A stretch of DNA of 64,000 nucleotides from Paramoeba atlantica (GCA_977017575.1 CDRNVI010000011.1:124001-188000); one strand, 5' to 3'; numbered from the stretch's first letter, positions 20,043 through 31,485 are shown. The notes: generated from the sequence alone by a model not told the origin. Program-made: numbers and translations.

Positions 20043-22208
20043 ATGACTCGTAAAACTTCCCGTAGTGCGCGCAATTTGTCAAAAACATTTTCGGACTTGC
20101 TTTCATCTCTCCCTTCGGCTTCTATTGAAAGGTCTACAGATGATAAGAATTGGTATATCAAATGTAGTTTGAAGAAGAATAGATTATCTAGTGAATTAGG
20201 TAAGTATACTTTGTATTTAACCTCTCGGTGTATTGGGCGAGGAGCTTATGGCAAAGTGTATGCAGCCACCTCAGAAGGTGGAATGGATTGTGCTATAAAA
20301 GTAGTGCAATCTGTTTTGCCTAGAGAATTCACTGCTCCACTAAGGGCTGGCGTTAGGCTTGAAGACCATCTAGTAAACTCCTTGCCCTCATGCATTCTGA
20401 ATGCGCTTAATGAGATTTCGTTTCTCCGCACTCTTTGCAAGCATCGCAATATATCGACTATAACGGATGCTGCTGTGTGTGTACACACAGAGGAACCTGT
20501 CGATCATGAAACACACCAGTTCGTAAAATTGTCCGTTCTTGTGATAACCGAACTTGGCAAGTCACGCACACTTCAGTACTATGTTCCGCCATACGTTATA
20601 TTCCGAGATTACGAAAAAGAAGAGGCAAATAAATACCATTTTCGTGGCACTCTGACGAGTTCAACTTTCAACAAATTACCAGGCTCTTCCGTAACGGAAT
20701 CTGGTCTCCATTTGTCATCGAGTTGGTGGTGGACATTGCATCTGTGTTCCAATATCCTCTCTGCAGTTCTCTATCTGCACGAAAAGCATTCTATAGCTCA
20801 CCGAGACATTAAGCCTGATAACTTTATCTTCGTTCCCTCGAATGAGAGAGATCTCCCGAAAGAAACTATTCTTAATGTACAACTTATAGAATCTTCCACC
20901 TATATGCAGCAGTTGGTCGCCCATAGCTGTGGACCTGGGGAAGACCATCCAGGAGATTCTGGTAACCATTGGACACTGCAGCTTATTGATTTTGGGGGAG
21001 CAGTGCGATGTGACCCAAACACTCGTGTGCATTCACTAAGTGGAACGCCACATTACACCGCACCAGAAGTAGCGCAGAAGGTGCTGGATACGTATTCGAG
21101 TAACTATCAATTAGAAACAAGAACGTTCGGTGATTCACCCTTTTCCTTTACAGGGGATGAGCTTATGGCTATTGATAGGTGGAGTGTGGGCGTGTTGCTC
21201 CTTGAACTAACAGCTGGAATTATGCGTACTGGTTTGTTTTCCGAAAGGTCACAAGCACGTAGCGAATACGCTTATTCACCGGAGGATTCCACAGCAGAGG
21301 ATAAGGAGTGTAATGAGTCTGAGTTTCAAATCCTTGGTCAGCATAAAGGCGTACTTTCCGAAATTGCTTCGATGACGGATGAGACCTTGCGTACGAGGTG
21401 TACCGATCTCCTGAGAAAAAATGAACCATCAATGCACCAGGGCAACGAAACTAGTTCATTAGTTCCTAAGGCATGGGTAGATGCTATTTTTTCCTTATTG
21501 AAGGTTGATCCGAAAAAACGTGGTTCTCTCCGTCACGCGCAAACTGTATGCCAGGATCTCTTGAAAATCGTTCCAATTGAAAATGATGCCTTACCGCTAG
21601 AGCCACAAACTATTCCATCCGAGCATCGGTCTACTGGTACGTCAAGCTCGTCCGCAAACCCTCAACCGGTTGCAAGATCTTCTGAAAAACGGAACGGTGT
21701 TAATAGGAGCCTTTTCACCCCCACAACCGCAGCGGTCACCAAAGTCAAAAAAATAAAATCTTCACGGGCTCCTCCACCGTGGCAAAGCCTGCACGATACT
21801 TTTTTGCCAGCCTTCCAAACTGCAAAATGCGTCACAGATACTTCAAAAGTTCTGTCCTACAGCGACAGTAGACGAAATTTGAACTACGTAAAGCCCACAG
21901 ACACATCTATTTCACATGCATCTCACAATACTTTAACAACGTGTGTTCAAAGTTATGCGAATGTGCAGCCGCAGGCAAGTGCCAAAACTACCGCATCACT
22001 CTCCCATGCAATTACCTCCCTTTCAGGAGGTTGCACTATTTCTGCCGTGCCTTCGTCCCAAACAGCAAAGGTGCCTACATGTGAGCCTAAGCACAACACT
22101 TCTCACCATAGGAAGCTTCGTGAAGTTCGGGATTCAGCACAGATATGCGATACTCTAGAGCCTCTGAACGACATGTTTCAAAGAATACGCGAGGAATACA
22201 ATATTTAA
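20043..22208 (+). CDS. Ser/Thr protein kinase with a long C-terminal tail
   Basis: IGRGAYGKVY, AIK, HRDIKPDN, DFG, GTPHYTAPE and D(R)WSVG motifs. Confidence 0.92.
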   Translation: MTRKTSRSARNLSKTFSDLLSSLPSASIERSTDDKNWYIKCSLKKNRLSSELGKYTLYLTSRCIGRGAYGKVYAATSEGGMDCAIKVVQSVLPREFTAPLRAGVRLEDHLVNSLPSCILNALNEISFLRTLCKHRNISTITDAAVCVHTEEPVDHETHQFVKLSVLVITELGKSRTLQYYVPPYVIFRDYEKEEANKYHFRGTLTSSTFNKLPGSSVTESGLHLSSSWWWTLHLCSNILSAVLYLHEKHSIAHRDIKPDNFIFVPSNERDLPKETILNVQLIESSTYMQQLVAHSCGPGEDHPGDSGNHWTLQLIDFGGAVRCDPNTRVHSLSGTPHYTAPEVAQKVLDTYSSNYQLETRTFGDSPFSFTGDELMAIDRWSVGVLLLELTAGIMRTGLFSERSQARSEYAYSPEDSTAEDKECNESEFQILGQHKGVLSEIASMTDETLRTRCTDLLRKNEPSMHQGNETSSLVPKAWVDAIFSLLKVDPKKRGSLRHAQTVCQDLLKIVPIENDALPLEPQTIPSEHRSTGTSSSSANPQPVARSSEKRNGVNRSLFTPTTAAVTKVKKIKSSRAPPPWQSLHDTFLPAFQTAKCVTDTSKVLSYSDSRRNLNYVKPTDTSISHASHNTLTTCVQSYANVQPQASAKTTASLSHAITSLSGGCTISAVPSSQTAKVPTCEPKHNTSHHRKLREVRDSAQICDTLEPLNDMFQRIREEYNI

Positions 22209-22496
22209 CTCATCACATCACTGTGCATTATTCATTCGCCACATCTCATGCAGAATAATTTGCAACCAAACGATAGACTAGTTTTAAAATGGGTTGAACT
22301 TTATGGGTATGGTGGTAGAGAAAGAGCCGCAAATTAATTTATTAAATAAACTATTTGTTGAATGTCGTTTGTATTATTATGATACGAAACAATGAAACTA
22401 TTTCCATACCACGATTCTCAACCGAAATGCTCTGGGGTAGAAACAAATTGAATTTGCTGTTACGAATATAAGCCTGGAAGACCATGCATCTATTAC

Positions 22497-24059
22497 GTGC
22501 ATATGAGACAGCTTTGCTCTTCAAAACCCTCCTGGGGACCTCGTAGAAATGTTGTCGTCACTGGAATTGGTCTCATTACTCCACTGGGGCTTACCTCCGC
22601 GTCTTCCTTTTCTAGTTTAACAAAAGGTCTCACCGGAATATTATCCCCTTATACCTTAAACGACACCAGTAATAAAACGAACCACGAGGAATGGAATGAA
22701 GCTGACATTTCTCACAAGGCGGGTGGGCTTGATTTCCCTATCGCTGTTGTCCCAGACGAGTTTGCCGACTCCTCCGGACAACTAAAGCGAATGTTTCGTT
22801 CCACGCCTCGCGAAACACGATGTACTCGATTAGCTATGCATGCGACGCGACACGCCCTTCTTGACGCAGGTCTCATAGAAGAAGAAATGCATCCAAGTGG
22901 CACACCATTAGACACAGGTAATGCAAATGTATCCGCAACCAAAATGTTTCAGTCGAAAAGTACGTTGTCATCCATTTCAGCAACACGGAGCTCAAACTTA
23001 ATAGATACGACACGTGTTGGTGTGAATGTGGGTGTCGGCATACCCAGTATTCAAGATATTGCCCGATGTGGGGAGTATCTTCGAACCCAAAAAGAGGGCA
23101 AGTTATCGCCTTATTTCGTACCCAAGATCCTGGGGAACGCCGTGAGTGGCCAGATTTCTCTTACCTACGGATTTCGCGGGGGCAGTCAAAGTATTGTCTC
23201 TGCGTGCAGTACCGGGTCACATTGTATTGGTGAGGCTTTTCGGGTTATTGAGAGAGGCGAGTGTGATGTGATGATTACGGGCGCAGCAGAGTCTTGTATA
23301 CACCCAATTGCCCTCCTGGGGTTTCATCGAATGCGGGCGCTAAGTCGCTCTCGTTGTACGCCTTTCGATGAGAAAAGGAACGGATTTGTAATGGGTGAAG
23401 GCGCTGCGGTGTTAATACTTGAAGAAGCCGAATTTGCTTTTCGACGACGTCAGTTGTCCCAGAAAACATCACTAAATCCTTTGTCGCCAGAAGTCGGAAT
23501 TTTTCCCAATTTTTGGTCACGCGACGCCTCGCATCCGTGGTATGCAGAACTTGTTGGATACGGAGTGTCCAGTGATGCCTATCACGTCACAGCCCCCGAC
23601 CCACAAGGGACGGGTGGCGTAATATCCATGAAAAGAGCACTGAACGACGCTGGGGCATCGATGACGGATATTTCTTTTGTGTCTGCCCACGCCGCGGGAA
23701 CACGTCTGGGTGATCCCGCCGAAATTCGGGCGATTGAACAACTACAGTGTGAGTCCAAATCTTTTCGTTTTGACGAAAGTTCCTTTATTCCGGTTCCAGT
23801 TGTAAGCATGAAAGGGGCCCTCGGTCATCTTCTCGGTGCCGCCGGCAGCGTTGAAACTGCACTTGCAATATTATGCATGCAGCAGAATGAGTGTCCGGGA
23901 AATACCGGACTAGAGGTCCCGCTTACACATAATAGAGAGTGTGTCTCATTGCCTCGTGGCGGCACCTCTTCTCATTTGCCAAAGGATAGGACTGCATATT
24001 TTTTGAAAAATAGCTTTGGTTTTGGGGGGACGAATGCAACTCTAATTTTTCGAATGTAA
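22497..24059 (+). CDS. OXSM: Mitochondrial 3-oxoacyl-ACP synthase (KAS II/FabF family)
   Basis: VVVTGIGLITPLG, SACSTG (catalytic Cys), HAAGT, KGALGHLLGAAG and KNSFGFGGTN. Confidence 0.92.
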   Translation: MHMRQLCSSKPSWGPRRNVVVTGIGLITPLGLTSASSFSSLTKGLTGILSPYTLNDTSNKTNHEEWNEADISHKAGGLDFPIAVVPDEFADSSGQLKRMFRSTPRETRCTRLAMHATRHALLDAGLIEEEMHPSGTPLDTGNANVSATKMFQSKSTLSSISATRSSNLIDTTRVGVNVGVGIPSIQDIARCGEYLRTQKEGKLSPYFVPKILGNAVSGQISLTYGFRGGSQSIVSACSTGSHCIGEAFRVIERGECDVMITGAAESCIHPIALLGFHRMRALSRSRCTPFDEKRNGFVMGEGAAVLILEEAEFAFRRRQLSQKTSLNPLSPEVGIFPNFWSRDASHPWYAELVGYGVSSDAYHVTAPDPQGTGGVISMKRALNDAGASMTDISFVSAHAAGTRLGDPAEIRAIEQLQCESKSFRFDESSFIPVPVVSMKGALGHLLGAAGSVETALAILCMQQNECPGNTGLEVPLTHNRECVSLPRGGTSSHLPKDRTAYFLKNSFGFGGTNATLIFRM

Positions 24060-24093
24060 CGAATTATGGATTTTTGTTCACGCTTTCTCAAGC

Positions 24094-27000
24094 ATGTATA
24101 AAACGAGAATATTTGGGTTGCTTCCAGTCATTTGTCGACACTCTTACGGTGGAAAAAAAACCGTTTATATTCTTATCTATACTCTGATTTTGATGCTCAG
24201 GAGAGACTGGGACGCTACAAAGGCTTCGAGTATTGATTGGAATAATTGCGAAGAAATTCTTGCGCATCGCTTTACGTTTCTTGACATCGTAACCATGCAT
24301 CCACCTTTGTTAAGAAAACTAGGACTTCATGAAAAATTGTTTGGAGATTCAAATGGTGCGAAGGATACGGGTAAAGTGTTGGAGCAAAATGCAACCGAAT
24401 TTCGTCGCAATCCTAAAGGGCTGATTCAATTGTGGATTGACGAAAAATTATTTGTTCTCAGAAAGGCGAGATGGTGTTTTTTATGTGGTCATGAGGGACA
24501 CACGATGCAGAACTGTATAACACGAATGAATGGGCACCCTTTCTCTCCTTCCGGTTATTCCGATGTTGAGTATCCGACTACCCGGAGAACAGCTGATGCA
24601 GTGGCACACCAGGGGGTCAAGGCGGCTCCCTCAATTAAGGAGCTCATTGTGGAGCAAACTCAACGCCACGTTGAATCTCTTAAAACTCAACCAAAGCGTT
24701 TGGCACAGGAACGGGACGCAAAGAGGTCGGCACCTCCTGGGAGTTGGCTTATTGAGCCATTTTCAAGAAAGACGTTTCATCGCGGAACGATTGTTTCGGT
24801 GAATGACGATCCAAGTCGCCGCGACGGTACCGTAAAAGACGTCGAATCCGGCTACTGCTTTCGTTTTGCAAGTTCGCAAGTCGAAAATTTTGGCTTGAAG
24901 CAGATTAAAGAGAATGATCTTGTGCAGTTTAGGATTGATCAAAGGACGACCATTATTGCCGCAAAAGAAGTAACACCGATAATTCGAACTTGGCAAGATT
25001 CTGATGCAGAATTTTTTTTTGATACATGCCTTCGTGAAAACATGACACTTATCCTGATTACTCGAATTCTTGTACATCAAGAGCATTGGAATGCTTTACT
25101 TCAGTACACTTTAAATGTTCTACACCGAAAACCGTACTACCTTTCAACTCTGCTTGCTTTTATGGCCAAAGTTGCGCTACTTGGTATAGTTTCGGTTTCC
25201 GACTCTCCGCTTTCCTCTGATCCCAGGGTTTCGAAGCAAACCTTGGCGGGGAATACAAGCCTTGTTCGGCTCTTCTTTAAAGAAGCTATCCTTCCAAAAC
25301 AGCTATCAAAGGTCATTTTTCAAAGCGAAGAACACGTGAGTCCTACTTCACATATTTCATTATTTCCTGATTTGCTTTGTTTGGCTATCGAACGCGAGAC
25401 GTCTGGAGTTTACGTAAGATCAACTAATTCTCTGAGCAACCAAACCTCGTCTTCTCAGAATAGCGAAAACGACTCAGTTTTAGAGACTCGACAATCGATA
25501 GCAGTAGTTGTGCCTGTATTAGGAATCTTGCGTGGAATGCGTAAGATATTTCAGGAAGATAACACTGTTTTGCAAAACATCGTGGCACTTCTTCAATACA
25601 TGGAAACTTCATTGCCAAAATATGCGAACACTCCTGAATACATGCGTCTTGTACGCTCTACTAAAGAACTGTTAAACTCTAATATTAGGTCCTATCGAAA
25701 GACGGATGCTATTAAAGGTCCAAACTGTACGCAAGTGGCATCTCATACGTTAAAGCAAGCTCAAAATCTTCCAAGCACCACTTTGGATATCAATGATATT
25801 TGTTTCAACTCGGATGATGAACGCAGCCCACTGTATTTTAAAAATCTCGGTGTTCTTTCTAACGTATTCCCATCTACGTGGGACCACTTGTTTGCTCACT
25901 ACTCTCTGCTACGCGCTGACTGCTATAATGCTTTTATCGCCCAAATTCATAACTATGTGAGTTCTTCGGAGAAGCGCAATGCGCAAATCTTGTCTACTGA
26001 CCAAACATCAGCAACTGAAAATCCCAAAGTAAAGTGCGATTCAGCTTTTCAGAGCGTATGCTTTGGAGGCTATTACTTCGATTCGCAATATGGAATCTGT
26101 CCCGTGTTACGGTGCGATCCCTTGATGCTTGGTCGTCACTCATCACACTTAAGTCGGGGAAATTTAGTATGCTTACTTGGTACGAAAGATACAGATTATG
26201 GATTGAAAAGGGCACGGGAAGGAGAACACGGAGCTAATGTTATTGATAGGTGGCACCATTTACTCTCGTGCGTTGTTTCTGTTTGCTCCCACCGTGGTTT
26301 AGTGGCACTTCGACCATGTGGCCCGGAAAGTCAACAGAGCCTAATTGCGGATATATTACGAGTTCTAGGTTGCTCATCGTCGGTTGATGCGGGTAGATTG
26401 CCTGCTGAAGGAGCATGTCGAATTGAAAGCTTTTCTGGGGCTGGTGTTCTTCTTGCACACGATAACTTTTTTCCCAGCTATGAACCAGTTCTTCAAAGTC
26501 TGCATAGAGCACTAGAATTTTCGAATGGGGATTTTTCACCGTTGTGCGACATTCTACATAATCCTTCGACAATGACAGCTTCAGAAATTGTTCCGACATG
26601 TTATGAGCATGCCTACAAAAAAGTCATATCTGAAGTCATCGACAGTACTCAGCTAAAGAAAGGGCAGCGTCAGGCACTTGAATCCCTTCCTCATACTCCT
26701 ATTATTTTAATCCAAGGACCTCCAGGAGCAGGGAAAAGTTTTTTGGGTTGTCGAATTACTGAGTGTATTACGAAATTTCGAATTTCTCTGCATGAAGGAC
26801 GTCTTGAAAATCTAGCTAATTCTTTTGAAAAACTTGTTAATACGAATCTGAAAGTTCCTCCGATTCTTGTCGTGACTTATAAAAATCATGCCCTGGACGA
26901 GTTCCTTGAAGATCTACTAAATACCAGTTTATGGTGCGGGAAAAGCCGAGAACGTGGTGGCTGTCGATGCACTGGAACTACAGCTGGATGTTGCGCGACG

Positions 27001-29094
27001 TGTTGTCCACATAAGAAGAATGTGCTGCGCATCGGAACCCGAATAGAAAATTCTGCCCTTTTCAAGTACACTATGGAAAAGCAGTTTCAATCTTGTGAAA
27101 AAAGTTCCAGTTACCTAGAAATTCTTGCAGCAACTCAGCGTGCAAAAGCAGCAATCTTAACTACGATGCGGAAAATGCAAATTCTTGCAACAAAGAGCTT
27201 GGACGTACAAACATTTCTGAGGTACCTATCCGAGCATCAAAGAACTGACTTTATTGAGGGCTCGCGTTATAGCGATACCCATCTAGAGACACAGAACAAA
27301 GATGAACTTAATGAAAATAGAACTTCGGCTCTTAACGATTTATTTGCCAAATGGTGCAAAGGGTTGAAGGTTTTTTCCAGTGACAATCAGGGATCAAAGC
27401 AAGTCTTTTCTTCGAACAATGATGTCAACAATGATTCGCTCGTTGAGGAGCCGTACGAAAATGAAATGAACCATGAATCTGAATTGGATGATAACGAATA
27501 TTCCTCCATTATGCCATGCGATGAGGATAAAATTGATAGCACCAAGAAGCAGGCAACTAATACTGTTCGAGATGCAAACGATATGGACACAGATAGGTAC
27601 CTTGATGGAGATATTATTCGCAAGATGGATATAAATTGGGATTCTTTTTTGGTGCCGCGCGATATGCCGCTTTCTCGGTCCATAGTTCCATCCATTGTAA
27701 CAGTTTGGGCATTGACGCACGCTGAAAGACAACGTTTGCTGGAAAATATTTGCCGTCAAGAATATGTGGAGGCTGCACAGAAACTACCAGATCTTGCTTT
27801 ACAATATGAAAAACTGTACAAACTTCTTTTTGAGATGCGAAAAATGACACAAATATCACTCATGCGCTCTATGGATGTTATTGGTGCCACGACTACCGGT
27901 TTAGCTTTACACATGGACGTGATCAAAGAAGTGTCACCTCAGATCATTATTGTGGAGGAAGCAGCCGAAATTCTTGAAAGTCAAATATGGGCATGTCTTC
28001 CCTCGTCAATACGGCAAGTAATTCTTATAGGAGATCATAAGCAATTACGACCCACTGTTCGCAAGTATGAGCTAGCCACGGAAAATAAGCTGAACGTCTC
28101 TTTGTTTGAGAGGTTTGTCAACACAAGGTTTCCTCTCATTAAACTTGACGAACAACACCGCATGCGGTCGGAATTATGCGATCTCGTTCGCGGCTTCTAT
28201 ACAGATTGCGTTAGTTTTTCCCTTTCTGATCACCCTGCGGTAAACACACGCACTTTTACCAGCATCTGGAATCAGAATTGGATTACCGCTCCTGGGTTGG
28301 AAGATTCAGTTTTCTTTTGGAATCATGAACATCCGGAAGTCGCTTTGAAACAGAACACTAGCATAGAAAATAATGCTGAAATCGCAATGGTAACGTTTCT
28401 TGTCTGCTTTTTGCTTTTTCAGGGTGTTCCAGCTTCATCTATTACTGTTATTACACCTTATGTCGGACAGAGAAGAGCCATCATTCGTGCCATGCGTCGT
28501 TGCCCTTTTCTTATCTCGCGAGATCGCGTCGACGTTTTCACTGTCGATCGTTTTCAAGGTGATGAAAATGACATAATAATTTTGTCCCTAGTTCGTACTA
28601 AGCATATTACTGACTTTCTTGAATTGGAAAACCGTATGATTGTTGCGTGTAGTAGAGCACGCCATTCGCTGATCATTTTGGGGTCTTCCCGACTCCTCCG
28701 AACGATAAGTCACTGGAAAAAGGTGCTTGACGTTATCGGTCCTAAACGGCAGGGGAAAAAGCTACGACTTCATTGCTCACGCCATCCTTCCACTAGAATT
28801 GTAGTTACTTCGAATGATGCCATTGAAGTGGTAAGCCGGATAGATCCCCTGATCATGGGAAGTATTCAAGCAGCCGAGGCGCAAGGTGATAATTCGGTAA
28901 ACCCATACAATTCTGTTGTAGTAGATCGCTTATGTCTGAAAGACAGTGACAATCCCACCTTTTCGTTTTGCACGGATCGATGCAACTATCCCCTTTGCTC
29001 GTCCCATCAATGTCAACGGACCTGTCATCTGGAGGTTCACTCTCCCTGCACAATGGGAAGTCAGTGCATCGAATGTCGGCGGAATCGACAATGA
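24094..29094 (+). CDS. ZNFX1-like UPF1-type SF1 RNA helicase with an N-terminal CCHC knuckle and a cold-shock/OB-like domain
   Basis: IQGPPGAGKS, VVTYKNHALDEFL, GATTTG, VEEAAEILES, LIGDHKQLRP, SLFERF, VITPYVGQ, TVDRFQGDEND; C-terminal Cys/His-rich tail. Confidence 0.85.
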   Translation: MYKTRIFGLLPVICRHSYGGKKTVYILIYTLILMLRRDWDATKASSIDWNNCEEILAHRFTFLDIVTMHPPLLRKLGLHEKLFGDSNGAKDTGKVLEQNATEFRRNPKGLIQLWIDEKLFVLRKARWCFLCGHEGHTMQNCITRMNGHPFSPSGYSDVEYPTTRRTADAVAHQGVKAAPSIKELIVEQTQRHVESLKTQPKRLAQERDAKRSAPPGSWLIEPFSRKTFHRGTIVSVNDDPSRRDGTVKDVESGYCFRFASSQVENFGLKQIKENDLVQFRIDQRTTIIAAKEVTPIIRTWQDSDAEFFFDTCLRENMTLILITRILVHQEHWNALLQYTLNVLHRKPYYLSTLLAFMAKVALLGIVSVSDSPLSSDPRVSKQTLAGNTSLVRLFFKEAILPKQLSKVIFQSEEHVSPTSHISLFPDLLCLAIERETSGVYVRSTNSLSNQTSSSQNSENDSVLETRQSIAVVVPVLGILRGMRKIFQEDNTVLQNIVALLQYMETSLPKYANTPEYMRLVRSTKELLNSNIRSYRKTDAIKGPNCTQVASHTLKQAQNLPSTTLDINDICFNSDDERSPLYFKNLGVLSNVFPSTWDHLFAHYSLLRADCYNAFIAQIHNYVSSSEKRNAQILSTDQTSATENPKVKCDSAFQSVCFGGYYFDSQYGICPVLRCDPLMLGRHSSHLSRGNLVCLLGTKDTDYGLKRAREGEHGANVIDRWHHLLSCVVSVCSHRGLVALRPCGPESQQSLIADILRVLGCSSSVDAGRLPAEGACRIESFSGAGVLLAHDNFFPSYEPVLQSLHRALEFSNGDFSPLCDILHNPSTMTASEIVPTCYEHAYKKVISEVIDSTQLKKGQRQALESLPHTPIILIQGPPGAGKSFLGCRITECITKFRISLHEGRLENLANSFEKLVNTNLKVPPILVVTYKNHALDEFLEDLLNTSLWCGKSRERGGCRCTGTTAGCCATCCPHKKNVLRIGTRIENSALFKYTMEKQFQSCEKSSSYLEILAATQRAKAAILTTMRKMQILATKSLDVQTFLRYLSEHQRTDFIEGSRYSDTHLETQNKDELNENRTSALNDLFAKWCKGLKVFSSDNQGSKQVFSSNNDVNNDSLVEEPYENEMNHESELDDNEYSSIMPCDEDKIDSTKKQATNTVRDANDMDTDRYLDGDIIRKMDINWDSFLVPRDMPLSRSIVPSIVTVWALTHAERQRLLENICRQEYVEAAQKLPDLALQYEKLYKLLFEMRKMTQISLMRSMDVIGATTTGLALHMDVIKEVSPQIIIVEEAAEILESQIWACLPSSIRQVILIGDHKQLRPTVRKYELATENKLNVSLFERFVNTRFPLIKLDEQHRMRSELCDLVRGFYTDCVSFSLSDHPAVNTRTFTSIWNQNWITAPGLEDSVFFWNHEHPEVALKQNTSIENNAEIAMVTFLVCFLLFQGVPASSITVITPYVGQRRAIIRAMRRCPFLISRDRVDVFTVDRFQGDENDIIILSLVRTKHITDFLELENRMIVACSRARHSLIILGSSRLLRTISHWKKVLDVIGPKRQGKKLRLHCSRHPSTRIVVTSNDAIEVVSRIDPLIMGSIQAAEAQGDNSVNPYNSVVVDRLCLKDSDNPTFSFCTDRCNYPLCSSHQCQRTCHLEVHSPCTMGSQCIECRRNRQ

Positions 29095-29438
29095 ATTCTA
29101 TCACGTATACCTAGAAAAAATTAAGTCAAAATGATCACGCCGAAACGTAGAACACCTGTCATGTACACTTTTGTAGTGTTAACGGCCTCACACTCTACCA
29201 CGTGCGTGCCCAGTACTACTACCCCGTAATTTCAGAATGCACTCATTTGGGATATTTCGACTCCTAAATCGACTTTTTAAGAGTATTACCTCGACTCCTT
29301 AAAGAATAAGAAATCATTCCCTATGAAAAAATCTCTTACCTACACAAACCTCAATCCAAACCTTTCCATCCAACCTCTTTCTTTCCTCCACAATCCCCCC
29401 CCCTCCTCCTCCACCTTTTCTTCCCCACCTCCCCTTCC

Positions 29439-30764
29439 ATGTCCCCACCCCCCCTCCCCCTCCTCACCCTCACCCTTCTTCTCACCCTCCCTCTCCCCCA
29501 CCCCCATCCCTTCCCCCATCTCCCCACCCTCTCCTCTTCCTCCTCCTCTTCCTCCTCCTCTTCCTCCTCCCCTCCCCCCCTCCTCCTCCTCCCCGGTCTC
29601 CTCGGCTCCGTCCTCCAGCAGCGCCGCACCAACGCCCTCTCCCTCCCCCTGCCCTGTCTCACCACCACCCCCGCCTGGTCCCCCGCCTGGGTCGACCTCA
29701 CCGCCTTCACCCTCGAGTACCCCTGCTGGGCCGCAGTCATGCGCCTCGCCCTCGACCCCCGCACCGGGGCCAGCGCCCCCCCCCCGGGGGTCGCGATCCG
29801 ACCCCTGCCGGATGCCCTCGCGGCGGTCAGCTGCCTCGACCACGCGACCCCGTGGAGCTGTGCCCACACACAGTACATGGCCCCGCTGGTGGAGTATCTG
29901 GTAGCCAAGGGGTACGTGAGGGGGGAGAGCCTGCAGGCCTACGCGTATGACTTCCGCAGAGGCCCGGTGGATTGGGCAAGGCCCGGGGGGGTGTTTGAGG
30001 GGCTGAAGAGGAGGATTGAGGGGATGGGGGAGACAGGGGGGGGAAGAGGGGGGGAGATACGAAAGGTGACGCTGGTGGCCCACTCCCTGGGAGGGGTTGT
30101 GGTGAGTGGGTTTCTGAATACGTTTGTGGGGGAGGGGTGGAAGAAGAGGTATGTGGGGAGGGTGGTGCTGTTGGGGGTCCCGTTGGGGGGGTCGTTGAAG
30201 GCGGTGCAGTCGATTTTGGATGGGGCAACGGAGATGGTACCGGTGGTGCCGAATTGGTATACGCAGCCGGTGCTGGCGACGTGGCCCGGGTTGTATGCGT
30301 TGTTCCCGAACAGTAGTAACCGGACGAGGGTGTGGGAGAATAAAGTTTTGCTATCGGTAAAAAAGGAAACGTACACCGCAAGTGATTTTCCACGTCTGTT
30401 GAAGAAAGTCGGGTTTGAGACGCACGGTGAGCTGTTTCACAAGCTGAACACAGATATGGATTACCAGAGCGCTCCGGGGGTGAGTGTTTATTGTTATATA
30501 GGAACCGGGATACCCACTTTGTCTAAAATTGAACTTAGCGGGTATGATCGTCTGAGTCGGTATCGACCAAAGCTGGACATGGGGGCCGATGGTGACGGAA
30601 CCGTGCCCAAAGATAGCGCGTCGATCTGCGAGGAATGGTCAGCCCACCAGATACCCCCTGTGAGAACGAGGTACGTGAATGGAACTAGCCATATGGGATT
30701 GGTACAAAACTGTGAAACCGTATGGAATGAAATCCTTAGCATTGTTAGGAGCGCTGAAGAATGA
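29439..30764 (+). CDS. LCAT / group XV phospholipase A2-family lipase (copy 1), signal-peptide-like N-terminus
   Basis: AYAYDFRRGP, VTLVAHSLGG, DGDGTVP and HMGL (Ser-Asp-His triad). Confidence 0.88.
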   Translation: MSPPPLPLLTLTLLLTLPLPHPHPFPHLPTLSSSSSSSSSSSSSPPPLLLLPGLLGSVLQQRRTNALSLPLPCLTTTPAWSPAWVDLTAFTLEYPCWAAVMRLALDPRTGASAPPPGVAIRPLPDALAAVSCLDHATPWSCAHTQYMAPLVEYLVAKGYVRGESLQAYAYDFRRGPVDWARPGGVFEGLKRRIEGMGETGGGRGGEIRKVTLVAHSLGGVVVSGFLNTFVGEGWKKRYVGRVVLLGVPLGGSLKAVQSILDGATEMVPVVPNWYTQPVLATWPGLYALFPNSSNRTRVWENKVLLSVKKETYTASDFPRLLKKVGFETHGELFHKLNTDMDYQSAPGVSVYCYIGTGIPTLSKIELSGYDRLSRYRPKLDMGADGDGTVPKDSASICEEWSAHQIPPVRTRYVNGTSHMGLVQNCETVWNEILSIVRSAEE

Positions 30765-31485
30765 GCTCTATTGCGCCGCTACTGTCTGAACCTCCTCTCA
30801 ATTTTAAATGAATTTCGTTTTTAAAGTGAGATAGAACGTGGCTCCTACTTTAGTTTATTTCGTCGTGCATTTGGCCTAAGGCTGTTCGGGTTTCACGAAT
30901 CTGATGTGGGATCATTTTTAAATTTTGCCAACTGGATAGGCTTGTGTTGTGTTTGAATTTATTGTCGTGTATCGACCTCTCTTCAATAACTATTCAGCGT
31001 CCTCTGTGTATAAAACATGGTTAAGCTGGTTTTTAGTTTTTGAATCGCGTGGAAGAAGTACGTGGTGTTGCTAAAGTGCTATGTAGTTTGCAATTAAGTT
31101 ACGTATCATTAAAGTATGCATGATTGTATCATACCTATGCGTAACTGGTTGACACGGCTAGAGATACGGCTTTTTGTGTGCCGTATTTGGGAAGCCATGT
31201 CTCTTTGCAGAACTGCCTTTTTAACCCGGCTACTAATTCTTGCCTAATGCCTGGTTGTGTTTGAGTGAGTCTGAAAAGTAACGCACGCGTATCGTGCTTC
31301 TTTATGTAGAATTTCATCTGAATCACAAGTACTTTATACTATTAGTAGTAACATACTAGTAGTAATATTTCTGCAGTACAACTTTGTACAGTCTCTTTGT
31401 ATATTCTATTCTATAGTATATTCTATTCGCCAAGATTTAAGATTTCGTAAGGTCACTTCTACATGTACTTTAGTAGCAGTTTATT

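Noticed and set aside
29323-30393. Several long alternative-frame and antisense ORFs over LCAT copy 1
   Set aside because: Same compositional artefact; only 29439-30764 carries lipase motifs.
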